Shown here: piece after piece, positions 28,408 to 39,090 of the stretch
How positions within the stretch are numbered: the stretch's first letter is position 1
How the letters are laid out: each line of letters opens with the position of its first letter
Source: Acidobacteriota bacterium
GTDB lineage: Bacteria; Acidobacteriota; UBA6911; JACQSX01
DNA length: 64,000 nucleotides
Reading direction: 5' to 3'
Assembly: GCA_036507075.1 (NCBI GenBank)
Contig: DASXQR010000167.1
Location: 1 to 64,000, forward strand
The notes under the pieces: generated by a model
The model's input: only the letters and a program-made list of their open reading frames with translations
What the model was told of the DNA's origin: nothing
Databases searched by the model: none
Program-made: the position numbers and the translations under genes

Positions 28408-31098
28408 ATGGACTGGAAATCCCGCATCCGCGCTGCGTTAACAACCACCGCCCAGCTTCCGGACGACGACGTTGTGCAGGAGCTCGCACAACATGCTCAG
28501 GCGATGTACCATGCCGCACGCGCTGACGGCCTCTCGCACGACGAAGCGGAAAGCCGCGTGACCGATCAACTCGAACGCTGGCGACTCGACGCTTCCGCTC
28601 TGCGCCACAAGTCGCGTCGCGCCGAAAATGTGGAGCCTCCGCCGGCTGTCTCCTGGTCGCCCTTCGCTGGCGTTGCCCAGGACATTCGTTACGCCGCGCG
28701 GCTGCTTCGCCGGCAGGTGCGCTTCGCGCTGCTCGCCATCCTGACAATGGCGTTCGGGATTGGACTCACAACCGTACTATTCAGTGTGACGTACGGCGTG
28801 CTCGTGAAACCCCTGCCGTGGCCGCACGCCGACAGGATCGTCGTCGTCAAAGAAACCCGCGGCGGCAAATCGCCGCGCTTCGGCTCGTTCAGCAGCACGG
28901 CGTACCTTGCCTGGCGTGAGAGGCCGGCTACCGTTGAAAATATCGCCGCGTGGTCTCAGCGCGTCGTCACACTCGCGGATGCCGGGGAGCCCGAGCGCAT
29001 TCGCATCACGGTTGCGGCCGCCAGCTTGTTCCCTGTGCTGGGCGCGCGCCCGCTGATCGGTTCGTTCTTTCAGGAGAAGGACGAGGGCACGCCCGTCGTG
29101 GTGCTGTCGGAGAGTCTCTGGCGGCAGCGGTTTGGCGCTGATCACGCCGTTCTCGGACGGCTCGTGCAGCTCGACGGCCAGGCTTATACCATCATCGGCG
29201 TCCTGGCCGACGCGATGGCCTATCCGGATCGCCAGGCACGCGCCTGGGTGCCGATGAAGATTCGACCAGCGACAGGCAATCTCCTTTCAATGTTCAGCGC
29301 CATCGCGCTGCTGCGCCCCGGCGCATCGGCGGCTCAGGCGGCCTCTGAAGGCACCGCGCGCGGTCGCTTTGCGGCAGACACGGGCCTGACCACTATGGCA
29401 ATATTCGGCGGCTATGGTCCAATCGAGGTCTCGGCGCTGCCGCTTCGCGACGCGCTCGCGGCCGAGGTCCGCCGGCCGCTCATCGTTTTGCTTGTTGCCG
29501 TTACCTTGCTGCTGGTCACCGCAACGGCCAACGTCGCGAGCCTGCAACTCGCACGCGCGACGACGCGACGGCGCGAGATGGCAATCCGCGCAGCTCTGGG
29601 CGCCGGCACTGCGCGCGTGACGCGTCAACTCCTCGTCGAGAGCCTCCTGCTCGGCCTCACCGGCGGCGGCGCGGGACTCGGCCTTGCCTGGCTGCTCCAT
29701 CGATTGATGCCGTCGCTTTTACCCGCAGATTTTCCGCGCGCCGGCGAGATCGGTATCGATACAACGGTCATTGTCTTCGCACTCATTGTCTCAGTGATGA
29801 CAAGCATCGTTTTCGGTATGTTGCCGGCGCTTCGTGCCCGTCGACTCAACCTTGTTGAATCGCTGGCCGAAGATGGCGCGGCGCCAATCGGAGCGGGCAC
29901 CCGATCCCGGACCGCACAAGCCAGGATCTTAATTATGGCGGGGCAGGTCGCTATCGCTTTCGTGCTGCTGGTAGGCGCGTCACTCCTCGGCCGGAGCTTT
30001 GTCGCGCTGCTCAAGACCGATCGCGGCTACGATCCCTCAGGCGTCATGACGGCGAGGTTGTCCTTGCCGGATTCGCTGTATTCGCCCGAGCGACGCTATG
30101 TGCTGATTAGACAGATCCTCGATCGTCTTGCAGCGATGCCCGCGGTCACCGATGCGGCCTTCACTTCCGAGCTGCCGCTGACGCCGGGTGGATCAACCGC
30201 CGCGTTCAGCATAAGATCACGCGCCAACGGCGGGCCTGTACCGGTACAGGCCTCGCCGCGTGTCGTGAGCGCGCGGTATTTTTCGGCGATGCGCATTCGC
30301 ATCGCCGCGGGTCGCAGCTTCAGTGATTCGGATACGGAATCATCACCGCCGGTCGCGATCGTCAACCGTACTTTCGCACGCCGTTACCTCGGTGATGCAG
30401 CGCTGGACGCGAAGCTTCCGATGGGCATTGGCTATCAGACTGAGGATATTGAGGCGAGCATCGTCGGCGTCTCGGATGATATCCGGTATCCGACAGCCGC
30501 CGCCTCTTTACAGCCCGAGATGTACTTCTTGTACCGTCAATTGAAGGGCAGGCTGACAGTTCCCGTTGTGACTTTTGTCGTGCGCACCGCGGGAGGTGCC
30601 GGCGCGCTCGGTCCGGCGCTTCGCACGGCGGTCCGCGAAGCCGATGATCACCTGGTCCCTGAGGCGATCATGACCCTGGAAGATCGAATGTTGACGAGCC
30701 TGTCACGGCCTCGTCTCTACTCTATCCTGCTTGGCGGCTTTGCTGCATTTGCGCTCGTGGTCGCGGGCGTTGGACTGTTTGGCGTACTGTCGTACAGCGT
30801 CGCGCTGCGCTCGCGGGAGCTTGCCGTGCGGTCGGCGCTCGGCGCGCGGCAGGTGGATATCGCTCGACTCATACTCCGTCAAGGCCTGGCGGCGACGGGT
30901 GCGGGGCTGGCTGCGGGGCTGCTGGGATCTTTCGTGTTGATGCGGTCGATCGCGGCGCTCCTATATGGCGTCACGCCGCAGGATCCAATCACATATTGTG
31001 TCGTTGCGAGTATCTTGCTGGTCGTTGCGGCGGCTGCCAGCTTCGCTCCCGCGCGGCGGGCAGCCCGCGTCGATCCGATGCGGGAACTCCGGTCCTAG
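28408..31098 (+). CDS. duplicated MacB/FtsX-type ABC permease (ADOP family)
   Basis: QDIRYAARLL, ANVASLQLARA..RRREMAIRAALGA, two MacB/FtsX halves, PARRAARVDPM; paired with PadR. Confidence 0.92.
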   Translation: MDWKSRIRAALTTTAQLPDDDVVQELAQHAQAMYHAARADGLSHDEAESRVTDQLERWRLDASALRHKSRRAENVEPPPAVSWSPFAGVAQDIRYAARLLRRQVRFALLAILTMAFGIGLTTVLFSVTYGVLVKPLPWPHADRIVVVKETRGGKSPRFGSFSSTAYLAWRERPATVENIAAWSQRVVTLADAGEPERIRITVAAASLFPVLGARPLIGSFFQEKDEGTPVVVLSESLWRQRFGADHAVLGRLVQLDGQAYTIIGVLADAMAYPDRQARAWVPMKIRPATGNLLSMFSAIALLRPGASAAQAASEGTARGRFAADTGLTTMAIFGGYGPIEVSALPLRDALAAEVRRPLIVLLVAVTLLLVTATANVASLQLARATTRRREMAIRAALGAGTARVTRQLLVESLLLGLTGGGAGLGLAWLLHRLMPSLLPADFPRAGEIGIDTTVIVFALIVSVMTSIVFGMLPALRARRLNLVESLAEDGAAPIGAGTRSRTAQARILIMAGQVAIAFVLLVGASLLGRSFVALLKTDRGYDPSGVMTARLSLPDSLYSPERRYVLIRQILDRLAAMPAVTDAAFTSELPLTPGGSTAAFSIRSRANGGPVPVQASPRVVSARYFSAMRIRIAAGRSFSDSDTESSPPVAIVNRTFARRYLGDAALDAKLPMGIGYQTEDIEASIVGVSDDIRYPTAAASLQPEMYFLYRQLKGRLTVPVVTFVVRTAGGAGALGPALRTAVREADDHLVPEAIMTLEDRMLTSLSRPRLYSILLGGFAAFALVVAGVGLFGVLSYSVALRSRELAVRSALGARQVDIARLILRQGLAATGAGLAAGLLGSFVLMRSIAALLYGVTPQDPITYCVVASILLVVAAAASFAPARRAARVDPMRELRS

Positions 31099-31434
31099 TA
31101 CTTAATTCCAAAAATTCGAGCAGGAGTTTTCGCACCACTTTGTGCCCTTTGTGCCTTTGTGGTGCAAACTGATACGCGAATTTACGCAATAGTGAAGCTA
31201 TCGGAGGCTGGCGCGGATCTCGGTGGCCTTGGTCTGGTAAAGGTGCTGGTTGTTAAGATCGGGATGCCGGACTTGATAAATCTCGACCGCTTTGGAGAGG
31301 AGCAACAGCAATAGAAACACCAGTAGAATCCCCCAGTCCCGTCGCATAAACGGGATCATACGCCCGGGAGTCTGACTATCAAAGCGGAAAAAGAACATTT
31401 TATGCGGTTCGAATTTCCTGACGACCTCAAGCGC

Positions 31435-32090
31435 CTGCTTCCAGTCTCCGACCAGATCGGCGCGATTCGTCGTGGCGCCCGTCGGGCTTTGCCCGCTGCT
31501 TGTCGTGATCGTCAACGCCGATCCGGATTGCCACGTTCCCAGACCCGACAATGTCCACCCACCCAGAATGGCTTCGGCTACGGAGTCGTCAACTGGGTAT
31601 CCGCGCCGGCAGCACTGCTGTTGGCTGTGTGGTTTTCAAACGTGTACAGGGAATTCACATTAACGCCCTGTGAAAGCAAAAAGCTGCGTGACAACTGGGC
31701 CCTGCGAATGAAAGGCGCGGCATTGACCTCGTTTCGGAACTCATTGATAGTCACATCCACAAAGTAAACGCCAAACCCGCCCCGCACTACGAAGTCGCGG
31801 CGCGCCTGGTAGGCAAATCCGAGCCGCGGGGCAAAGTCCAGATTGTTGGGATGAATGAAGGTATCAGGCAATCCGAGTTCTCCCGCTGTGGCGTAACGAT
31901 CCTTTGAACTGCTGGAAGACCGGATGAATGCGACTCTGACTGTCGTTCGGAATCAGAATCTTGCCTGTCGGAAAATGCCCCACCGACTGCCGCTGGTTCC
32001 ACTCCGTGAAGAAACCGAAATTGTCGTAGCGGACCCCGAGATTCAACGTCAGCTTCGAAGAGAGCTTCCCGAGCGTGGACAGCATGATGA
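31435..32090 (-). pseudogene. fragmented TonB-dependent receptor remnant
   Basis: Separate pieces KLTLNLGVRYD, DFAPRLGFAY...VVRGGFGVYF and GWTLSG..TWQSG...NRADLVG in shifting frames with large gaps. Confidence 0.8.
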
Positions 32091-32201
32091 ACAGCCAGCT
32101 CGCGGCCAGCATTCTGCCCGTGCCCTGTCCATATTAGCCGGCGTTTTGTTCTTTGAGGCGAATCCGAGAACCTGATTAAGCCCCCATTCGTAAATAGGTG
32201 C

Positions 32202-33143
32202 ATGAAGCGTTGGCTGGTTCTAATCTTCGCGGGGCTCAGCGTTGGTTGGATTCTGGTTTGCGCTGTGGCGGGCATTTTCATGGCGGAAGGGGCGTTGCAC
32301 CCAAAGCATCGGCCGATCAGCGCGGAGGCTCAGCGACGCGCCGAGGAGCTTGCGAAATCTGCCGGCGTTCCCATTCGGACAGTGCGGGTAAGCGCAGCGG
32401 ATGGTGTCCCGCTGGTAGGCTGGTATTTTTCCAACCAACAGCTTAATCAGAACAGCAATCCCGAATGGCGCAGGGATGTCGTTTTGATCCTCCATGGTCA
32501 GAGCGACAACCGTGCCGGCGCACTTTCATTTGCACGCCTGTTTCTGAGGCGTGAATTTGATGTGTTGCTTCCCGACAGCCGGGCGCATGGCGAAAGTGGT
32601 GGCGAGATTGCCACCTACGGCTTCCTTGAAGGACGCGACGTGAGCTCATGGATCGATTGGCTTGTGACCGAGAATCGGCCACGTCATATCTACGCTTTGG
32701 GCGAATCGATGGGTGCGGCCATTCTGCTTCGAACGTTGTGCCGGGACGCGCGGCTCGACGCTGTGATTGCCGAAGCGCCTTTCTGCAACTTCCGCGAAGT
32801 TGCCTTTGACCGCGTGGGGCAACAATTTAGATCCGGCAACTGGGTCGGCCGCATTCTGTTTCGGCCCGCCGTCGAAGTCGGGTTCGTGTATGCACGGCTG
32901 AAGTACGGCGCCGACTTAGGCCAGGTCGCGCCAGAAGAGTGTGTAACGCAGACCCGCACTAAGATCCTCATGATTCACGGAGATGACGATCACAACATTC
33001 CGCTGCGGCACTGTCTCAGGATCTCTGGCCGCAGCAAAAACGTGGAACTATGGCGCGTCCCCGGCGCCGGGCATACAGAGGTGTTCGGTCGACAGCCTAC
33101 CCAATTTGAGCAGCGCGTTTGTCGCTGGCTTGGGCACCCTTAG
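32202..33143 (+). CDS. alpha/beta hydrolase with N-terminal membrane anchor
   Basis: ILHG, PDSRAHGESGG, GESMGAA, IHGDDD, GAGH catalytic motifs. Confidence 0.9.
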   Translation: MKRWLVLIFAGLSVGWILVCAVAGIFMAEGALHPKHRPISAEAQRRAEELAKSAGVPIRTVRVSAADGVPLVGWYFSNQQLNQNSNPEWRRDVVLILHGQSDNRAGALSFARLFLRREFDVLLPDSRAHGESGGEIATYGFLEGRDVSSWIDWLVTENRPRHIYALGESMGAAILLRTLCRDARLDAVIAEAPFCNFREVAFDRVGQQFRSGNWVGRILFRPAVEVGFVYARLKYGADLGQVAPEECVTQTRTKILMIHGDDDHNIPLRHCLRISGRSKNVELWRVPGAGHTEVFGRQPTQFEQRVCRWLGHP

Positions 33144-33223
33144 CACAAAAGCGGATCAGATCTATTCGATAGTGCGGCAGTTAAATTATGCCTCGAATCA
33201 GTGACTGGAAATTCGGCATAGTA

Positions 33224-33319
33224 CTTTCACCGCCGAGGCGCAGAGAACGCCAAGTTTCGCCGGGTCTCCAGTCAAAATCTCTGCGAGCCTCGGCGGGCTT
33301 TGCGCCTCGGCGGTGAAAG
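33224..33319. repeat. 96-bp miniature inverted-repeat element
   Basis: Perfect 19-bp inverted repeat CTTTCACCGCCGAGGCGCA; related to 40247..40341. Confidence 0.8.
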
Positions 33320-33502
33320 CAAAAAGCGCCGACTTCACCAACCGGTATTGGGCTGAGTTTGTGTGCGCGGCCCTGACGAGATTCCGTGACACCGCTCAGG
33401 GTGATTGCAGAGCGACGCCTATAAGTGCTCCCCCCTGATCGCCGCGTTTGCCTTCTCTCGCGCACGTTGCTAACGTGAAAGAACAATCAAGAGAGGCGCG
33501 TT

Positions 33503-33682
33503 ATGGCTAACCATACAGATCCCGTTTGTGGAATGAAGGTGAATGAAAATTCGGCGGCCGATAAAAGCGATTACATGGGAGAGACCTACTATTTCTGCTC
33601 ACGCCAATGTAAGCAGAAGTTCGACCAGAATCCCCTGAAGTACCTCAAGGAACAACGCCAGCAAGCCAAGAGTCGCGACTGA
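33503..33682 (+). CDS. YHS-domain small protein (59 aa, absent from the ORF track)
   Basis: MANHTDPVCGMKV.......DYMGETYYFCSRQCKQKFDQNPLKY; GAGAGG RBS. Confidence 0.9.
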   Translation: MANHTDPVCGMKVNENSAADKSDYMGETYYFCSRQCKQKFDQNPLKYLKEQRQQAKSRD

Positions 33683-33701
33683 GGGCTGTTTTGGAGATTG
33701 C

Positions 33702-34610
33702 CTACTTCGGCTTTTGCCCGGAAGAGGGAGGCCAGTCGTATCCGGCCTGGCCGACTCGCATGGCACCCGATGCCCAGGCGTGACTTTTCGCCGCCTGGTG
33801 TGCTTTCGTATACCACTTTCCAGCGTTGGTTTCATAAAAGGCCAGATGCCGCCGCAACTCTTCGTCTCTGACCGCACGGTAGGCATATAGAAGCGGCATC
33901 CAGCAGCCGTTGGCGATTCCTTCGCTGTGTTGTTGGCGGAGACTTGTTTCGATCTTGCGAAAATCATTTTCAGCAAGCTTTTCATTCGGCGCGCGGAAGC
34001 GATTACGAACCGCTTCAATCATTAATGCCGTACCCACGACCGTTCGCAGACTCGTTTCCGCACAATTGGTCACATCCGAATAATGTCGCAGGACTGCCTT
34101 TCGCGTTTCCGACTGTCGCCGCCCTTCCGGAGAATTCAGAAACGGGTTGAGCCCTGCCAGGCCCTCGGGTGTTCTAAGGACCCTGGTGAGCTCGTGGATT
34201 CGGCGGGTTTCTACGGAGCGCAGCCACTCAAGAGTTGATCGGGCGTATCTCTCATCGAGATTCTCCATGAAACCGTGGTAGTACGCTTCGGGGAATTCGG
34301 GCGTGTCAAACATCAGTTGAACCCATTGCCTGGCTGCTGCAATTTCCGCGGGCGATACTTTCGATGGGTTGCGCTGCAAATCGGCCCGGTAAACCGCCAC
34401 CACGTTCTGCAGCGCTTCGTTTGTTCCGTCCAGCTCAAAAATCTGCTGCACCAGGAGCCGAATGCCGGAAGATCGAGAAGTTTTGTTGTGCTGGGAGAGA
34501 AGAGGGGCTGCGAAAGCCGTCGAAAGCAGAATCACCGCCGAAGGCAACGCAACCTTCCGTCGAATGCGACAGGATGCGACCTTGGCAGTAAGCAGAAGTA
34601 ATGCAGGCAT
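33702..34610 (-). CDS. exported helical hypothetical protein (DUF2059-like C-terminus)
   Basis: Signal-like segment; LYAYR..DEEL...LAFYET..GKWY. Confidence 0.6.
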   Translation of the reverse strand: MPALLLLTAKVASCRIRRKVALPSAVILLSTAFAAPLLSQHNKTSRSSGIRLLVQQIFELDGTNEALQNVVAVYRADLQRNPSKVSPAEIAAARQWVQLMFDTPEFPEAYYHGFMENLDERYARSTLEWLRSVETRRIHELTRVLRTPEGLAGLNPFLNSPEGRRQSETRKAVLRHYSDVTNCAETSLRTVVGTALMIEAVRNRFRAPNEKLAENDFRKIETSLRQQHSEGIANGCWMPLLYAYRAVRDEELRRHLAFYETNAGKWYTKAHQAAKSHAWASGAMRVGQAGYDWPPSSGQKPK

Positions 34611-34660
34611 GTTTGCCCGGCGATCTTTGTTCGCGGTTCAGACTTTCGACTTTCAGACTT

Positions 34661-35698
34661 TCATGCCGGGTTGCTTCCGCGCTCCCGGATGTTAACCCAG
34701 ACATGCACGTGTGGAGAACCACGGAAGTACCAGATCATGTTGGGGCTTTCGAGTTGCCATACGTCCCACACGCCGTCGTTGCCTATGTCGAGATTCTTGT
34801 AAAATGACATGGCCATGGCATCGATGCCGCCGCTTTTCTTAATGTAGCGCACGGCTTCATCGGCATCCTGCCTGCGAAAGGGAAGCAGTAGATCGGCCAA
34901 AACGCTTTCCACCAGCGCCTTTTGATCGCGGCTCATTTCCGAGACGGGCAGGCCGGCCATTTTCTCGGATTTCGTTCTGAAAGCAACTGTACTTGTAGCT
35001 TGCTCTTCACGCGGATCGCCAAGGAGGGCCAGCGCGCGCTGCTTTCCGTCCAGCGCGCCGAAAACTTCATTAGCCCTCTTTGCCTGATACCAGTAAACGT
35101 TGCCGGGATGATCGGGCTTTTCATTGAAGCTCTGGGACGCGTGTCCATAAAAAATGGGACCGCCGAAAGCCGCACCCTCGACCGAATCGCCGTCGCACCG
35201 CATTGTGCAATGCCTGCCGGTCAGCACAAATTCAAAAGCGCCGCTGCCGGGGCTGCCAAAGATTGCGACAGAATAATTGCCCAGCCCGCCCCCGTCCTCA
35301 TCCATGTGCGCCATCACCTTATCCATATATTCGGGATTATGCAGGCTCACAAAGATATCCTTGATCATCGCCTGCTGATCCGAATTGAAGAACTTCCCAA
35401 TCTTTGCCGGCGTGATCTGCCAGTTGGCGTCAACCTTCGACCTGAGAGGATGATCAAACTTAAAAGCGATGACCCTTTTTTGTTCTTCTGAAAGCGTATG
35501 GTAAAGCGAGGCGACCAGAGTTTCACAACCGCCGGCGCGGACCGGACTGGTCTGCGAAGCCGCAAAGGTGGAAACTGGAATCGGCAGAATGCCTGCCGCT
35601 GCCAGTCCGATGCCGGCCCGCACGGTTGAATTCAGGAAATCGCGCCGGTTGGAACGGTCACAATCCGGACAGGCAGGAGTAGCAGGTTTGAGTAGCAT
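34661..35698 (-). CDS. DUF3500-like protein with Tat signal
   Basis: NRRDFL twin-Arg motif; Y.VAIFG.PG...F...GRH.T; FRGSPHVHVW. Confidence 0.75.
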   Translation of the reverse strand: MLLKPATPACPDCDRSNRRDFLNSTVRAGIGLAAAGILPIPVSTFAASQTSPVRAGGCETLVASLYHTLSEEQKRVIAFKFDHPLRSKVDANWQITPAKIGKFFNSDQQAMIKDIFVSLHNPEYMDKVMAHMDEDGGGLGNYSVAIFGSPGSGAFEFVLTGRHCTMRCDGDSVEGAAFGGPIFYGHASQSFNEKPDHPGNVYWYQAKRANEVFGALDGKQRALALLGDPREEQATSTVAFRTKSEKMAGLPVSEMSRDQKALVESVLADLLLPFRRQDADEAVRYIKKSGGIDAMAMSFYKNLDIGNDGVWDVWQLESPNMIWYFRGSPHVHVWVNIRERGSNPA

Positions 35699-35783
35699 AT
35701 TTTTTCTCCCGTTGACTAAAACAGAGTATAGGCCTGGTTATTCCTGGAGGGGAGGTTCTTTTTCAAACTTCGCGTTTATTCGG

Positions 35784-35850
35784 AGAGACGGCCTGAGGCC
35801 GTCTCTACTCACAAAATGTAAAATTTCCTGAGACGGCCCTCAGGCCGTCT
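35784..35850. repeat. pair of REP-like palindromes (GTAG type)
   Basis: AGAGACGGCC-tga-GGCCGTCTCT ending in CTAC, and AGACGGCC-ctca-GGCCGTCT. Confidence 0.7.
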
Positions 35851-35900
35851 ATGCCTCGCAGACGGCGCCATTTTTCTCATCTTTCCCGATTCACATTCTG

Positions 35901-36239
35901 CTAAGCAAGGATGATCTCGTTCAGGCCGTCGACAATCCTGTTCAGTTCTTCGGGCGGAATCCTGCTGATCCTCTTGCCGAGGCGTTCCACGGAAAGTGTT
36001 CGGATTTGACTTATTTTGGCCCAGGATTTTTTGGGAAGCCGACCCCTGCTCAATTCAAGGGTCAGGGGAAAACCAGAACGTTGGGGTTGGCTGGTCACTG
36101 CTACAGCTATTACGGTGCCGGAGCGTTCATTAAAGACGTCGTGGCTGAGGATGATAACAGGCCGCAATCCCGCTTGTTCATGTCCCTTGACGGGATTGAG
36201 ATCCGCCCAGACAATATCGCCTCTCAATATTCCGGCCAT
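35901..36239 (-). CDS. mazF: PemK/MazF-family toxin
   Basis: RGDIVWADLNPVKGHEQAGLRPVIILS.D.FN...TS...QIRTLS.ERL. Confidence 0.93.
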   Translation of the reverse strand: MAGILRGDIVWADLNPVKGHEQAGLRPVIILSHDVFNERSGTVIAVAVTSQPQRSGFPLTLELSRGRLPKKSWAKISQIRTLSVERLGKRISRIPPEELNRIVDGLNEIILA

Positions 36240-36466
36240 TGAGTGAGCTCACTTGCGAAACCTTCATCGGCCAAGGCCTTTTCAAATTCTGGATCCAGTT
36301 TGGAACATTCTTCGGCAAGGCGAGTCCGCTTCAATCGGCGCAATTTTTCGTCGATAGCCTCCTGGATAGCCCTGCTTCGACTGGGGAAAATACGGCGTTT
36401 CACCAGACGATCGAGTTCCGCCAATGTCTTTTGGTCCAGGGTTATGGCCACTTTGGTGGTGCTCAA
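36224..36466 (-). CDS. CopG/ribbon-helix-helix antitoxin
   Basis: KVAITLD...L.ELDRLV....FPSRSRAIQEA; overlaps the toxin start. Confidence 0.9.
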   Translation of the reverse strand: MSTTKVAITLDQKTLAELDRLVKRRIFPSRSRAIQEAIDEKLRRLKRTRLAEECSKLDPEFEKALADEGFASELTQWPEY

Positions 36467-36576
36467 AGGAATCCCTCCAGGGTATTACCAAATATCATAC
36501 CACAAATTCATCCGAGGCGAGAGCGTCGGTAGCGCGGAGGTGTGATCTATTTTGGCTGCAATCGGGAATAAGACTC

Positions 36577-36938
36577 CACCACAGAGGCACAGCCCGGCCG
36601 TAGGCCGCAACCAAAGAAAAAGCCGAGGACGGTCACGTGCACGTCAACGACAGACGTCAACGATAGACGTCAACGACCACGTCCACGCTAGCGAAGAAAA
36701 AATCGCAAGTTTGCCTGCTGGCCGGTCAGGTACGCCACAAGGCAACTCGTGGAACGCATCGTGTCGATGTTGACCAAAATGATCAAGCTCTAATCTGTCA
36801 AGCAGCCTGGACGCATTCCGTGGACGTTGACGTGCACGTGCTCGTAGACGATAAACGTCAACGTTGACGTGATCGGATGTTCTCTGAAATCTTGTCGAAA
36901 AGGCAAGAAGTTGCCAGCTTGTTACACAGAGGACACAG
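36577..36938. repeat. nested miniature repeat element
   Basis: First 22 bp CACCACAGAGGCACAGCCCGGC identical to 20141-20162; CACGTN arrays in inverted arrangement; right end homologous to 9201-9300. Confidence 0.8.
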
Positions 36939-36979
36939 AAAAACAAATTCAAAGAAGCGCTGCTAAGCAAGATCACTAA

Positions 36980-37156
36980 CTATAAATTGCGCACGTGTAC
37001 GGCAATGAGCAGCAATCCAAAGCCGATGATCCACGACCAGGTCGCCACATCAGCGCTCACGTGCATCACGCCGAGATAGGACAGCAAAGCTACCAGATAC
37101 AAAACGAGGCAGATTACCCAGGTGATCTGTTTCGGAGCCTTTCCGCTAAACGACAT
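36980..37156 (-). CDS. small two-TM membrane protein
   Basis: MSFSGKAPKQITWVICLVLYLVALL...; GGGAGG RBS. Confidence 0.65.
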   Translation of the reverse strand: MSFSGKAPKQITWVICLVLYLVALLSYLGVMHVSADVATWSWIIGFGLLLIAVHVRNL

Positions 37157-37405
37157 GATTTCCTCCCTCAGTTTCCTCTCCACGATCCCGATCTGCAGCC
37201 CGGACTTTGTGCGGCTTGTTCCCGGTTGGTCGTTATCTCGCTCGCTGCGTTGAAATCACCGGTGCGCGCCAGGCCCCAGCGTAAAGGTGGTTCGACTGCG
37301 CATGCGAAAGCTTGGTTTAGAGCTGGAAGTTTTAAAGAATAGTAGCGAGATGTGGGAATTACAATCAGAAAAGCTTTACGATAGAGACGAAGAGCGAAAA
37401 AACTG

Positions 37406-38770
37406 ATGGCAATTGCTTCGATTAATCCCGCTACCGGGCAGACCCTGAAAACATTCGTGCCGCTGACCGACTCAGACATTGAGAACAAGCTGCAAAGCGC
37501 GGTGCGCGCCTACCAGACGCATCGCCGCACGGACTTTGGGGCACGCGCCGCGAAGATGAATCAGGCCGCCGAAATTCTTGAGTCCGATAAGGAAAAATTT
37601 GGCCGTCTCATGACGCTTGAAATGGGCAAGCCCCTGAAGGCTGCGGTCGAGGAGGTTGTCAAGTCGGCGTGGGGTTGCCGCTATTACGCGGAGAATGCGG
37701 AACGGTTTCTCACTGCCGAAGAAATTGTCACCAATGCCAGTCGCAGCGGGATCCTCTACCAGCCGCTGGGACCAATCCTGGCAGTCATGCCGTGGAATTT
37801 TCCCTTCTGGCAAGTGTTCCGCTTCGCTGCTCCGGCTCTGATGGCGGGAAACGTGGGCCTGCTCAAGCACGCTTCCAACGTCCCGCAGTCAGCGCTGGCC
37901 ATTGAAGAAGTTTTCAGAAGGGCTGGATTTCCAGAGGGAGTATTTCAAACCTTGCTGATCGAGGCAAAACAGGTCCGCCAGGTCATCGAGGATCGCCGAA
38001 TCGCAGCAGCGACGCTGACGGGAAGCGAACCGGCGGGGCAACAAGTGGCAAGCACGGCCGGCAGGCAGATCAAGAAGACGGTGCTGGAGCTCGGCGGCAG
38101 CGATCCGTTCATCGTGATGGCAAGCGCCAACCTGGAAGCCGCCGTCAGTACCGCCGTCAAGGCACGGATCATCAATAACGGGCAATCATGCATTGCCGCG
38201 AAACGCTTCATCATCAGCGAGCGGATCGCCGATCAGTTCGAGAACCGCTTTCTTCAGGAGATGCGCAATGTGCGAATCGGAGACCCGATGGACGATTCAA
38301 CCGAACTGGGGCCGATCGCCTCTGAGGAACTGCTCAAAACTCTGGAAGACCAGGTAAACCGGTCCGAAAAGGCCGGAGCGCGTGTCCTGCTGGGCGGCAA
38401 ACGGTTGAACCAGCCGGGATATTTCTATCCGGCAACCGTGCTAAGAGATATTCCGCCAGACTCGCCCGCGTTCAAAGAGGAGATATTCGGCCCGGTTGCC
38501 TGCCTGTTCCGCGTGAATGACGCAGCCGAGGCGATTCATCTGGCCAATGGCAGCGATTTTGGCCTCGGCTGCAGCGTCTGGACGCAAGACGAGCACGAAC
38601 GCGAACTCTTCCTCAGCGAAATCGAATCGGGCCTGGTCTTTGTTAATGCGATGGTCGCCTCTGATCCGAGACTCCCCTTCGGCGGAGTAAAGCATTCCGG
38701 TTACGGCCGCGAGCTGAGCTCTCACGGAATTCGCGAATTCGTCAACATAAAGACATTTTGGATCAAGTGA
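37406..38770 (+). CDS. NAD(P)-dependent succinate-semialdehyde dehydrogenase-like aldehyde dehydrogenase
   Basis: MPWNFP, LKHASNVP, LTGSE.AG, LELGGSDP, NGQSCIAAKR, EEIFGPV, PFGGVK.SGYGREL. Confidence 0.93.
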   Translation: MAIASINPATGQTLKTFVPLTDSDIENKLQSAVRAYQTHRRTDFGARAAKMNQAAEILESDKEKFGRLMTLEMGKPLKAAVEEVVKSAWGCRYYAENAERFLTAEEIVTNASRSGILYQPLGPILAVMPWNFPFWQVFRFAAPALMAGNVGLLKHASNVPQSALAIEEVFRRAGFPEGVFQTLLIEAKQVRQVIEDRRIAAATLTGSEPAGQQVASTAGRQIKKTVLELGGSDPFIVMASANLEAAVSTAVKARIINNGQSCIAAKRFIISERIADQFENRFLQEMRNVRIGDPMDDSTELGPIASEELLKTLEDQVNRSEKAGARVLLGGKRLNQPGYFYPATVLRDIPPDSPAFKEEIFGPVACLFRVNDAAEAIHLANGSDFGLGCSVWTQDEHERELFLSEIESGLVFVNAMVASDPRLPFGGVKHSGYGRELSSHGIREFVNIKTFWIK

Positions 38771-38848
38771 ACATCAGCATGCCGCGCAAGGCGCAGCTCT
38801 GAAGCGCTGCAAAGCGGCGCTTAGCGAGGCTCCGCCTCGCCTCACCTC

Positions 38849-39090
38849 CACCGGTCTCGTGCCGGTGGGAGTGAAGATTCTTCACCAGAGTCCTGCCACT
38901 TCCCGAAACACCCCGCCGGGCTTGCCCCGGCCGATCGCAGGATTGTCCACTGTGGGATTCTTACCTTTCCGGCGTAACCTCACAGTGAGCAATCCTTCGC
39001 TCCGCCGGGATGAATCCGGCGGGGGCGCGCACCTCTGGAAGATGGGCCTGTAGTGAAAAATCCCCGTTCCACCGGCACAGGGCCGGTGGG
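38849..39090. repeat. cluster of REP-like hairpins
   Basis: CCACCGG-tctcgtg-CCGGTGG and its inverted relative CCACCGG-cacaggg-CCGGTGG, plus CCGCCGG...CCGGCGG between them. Confidence 0.55.
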
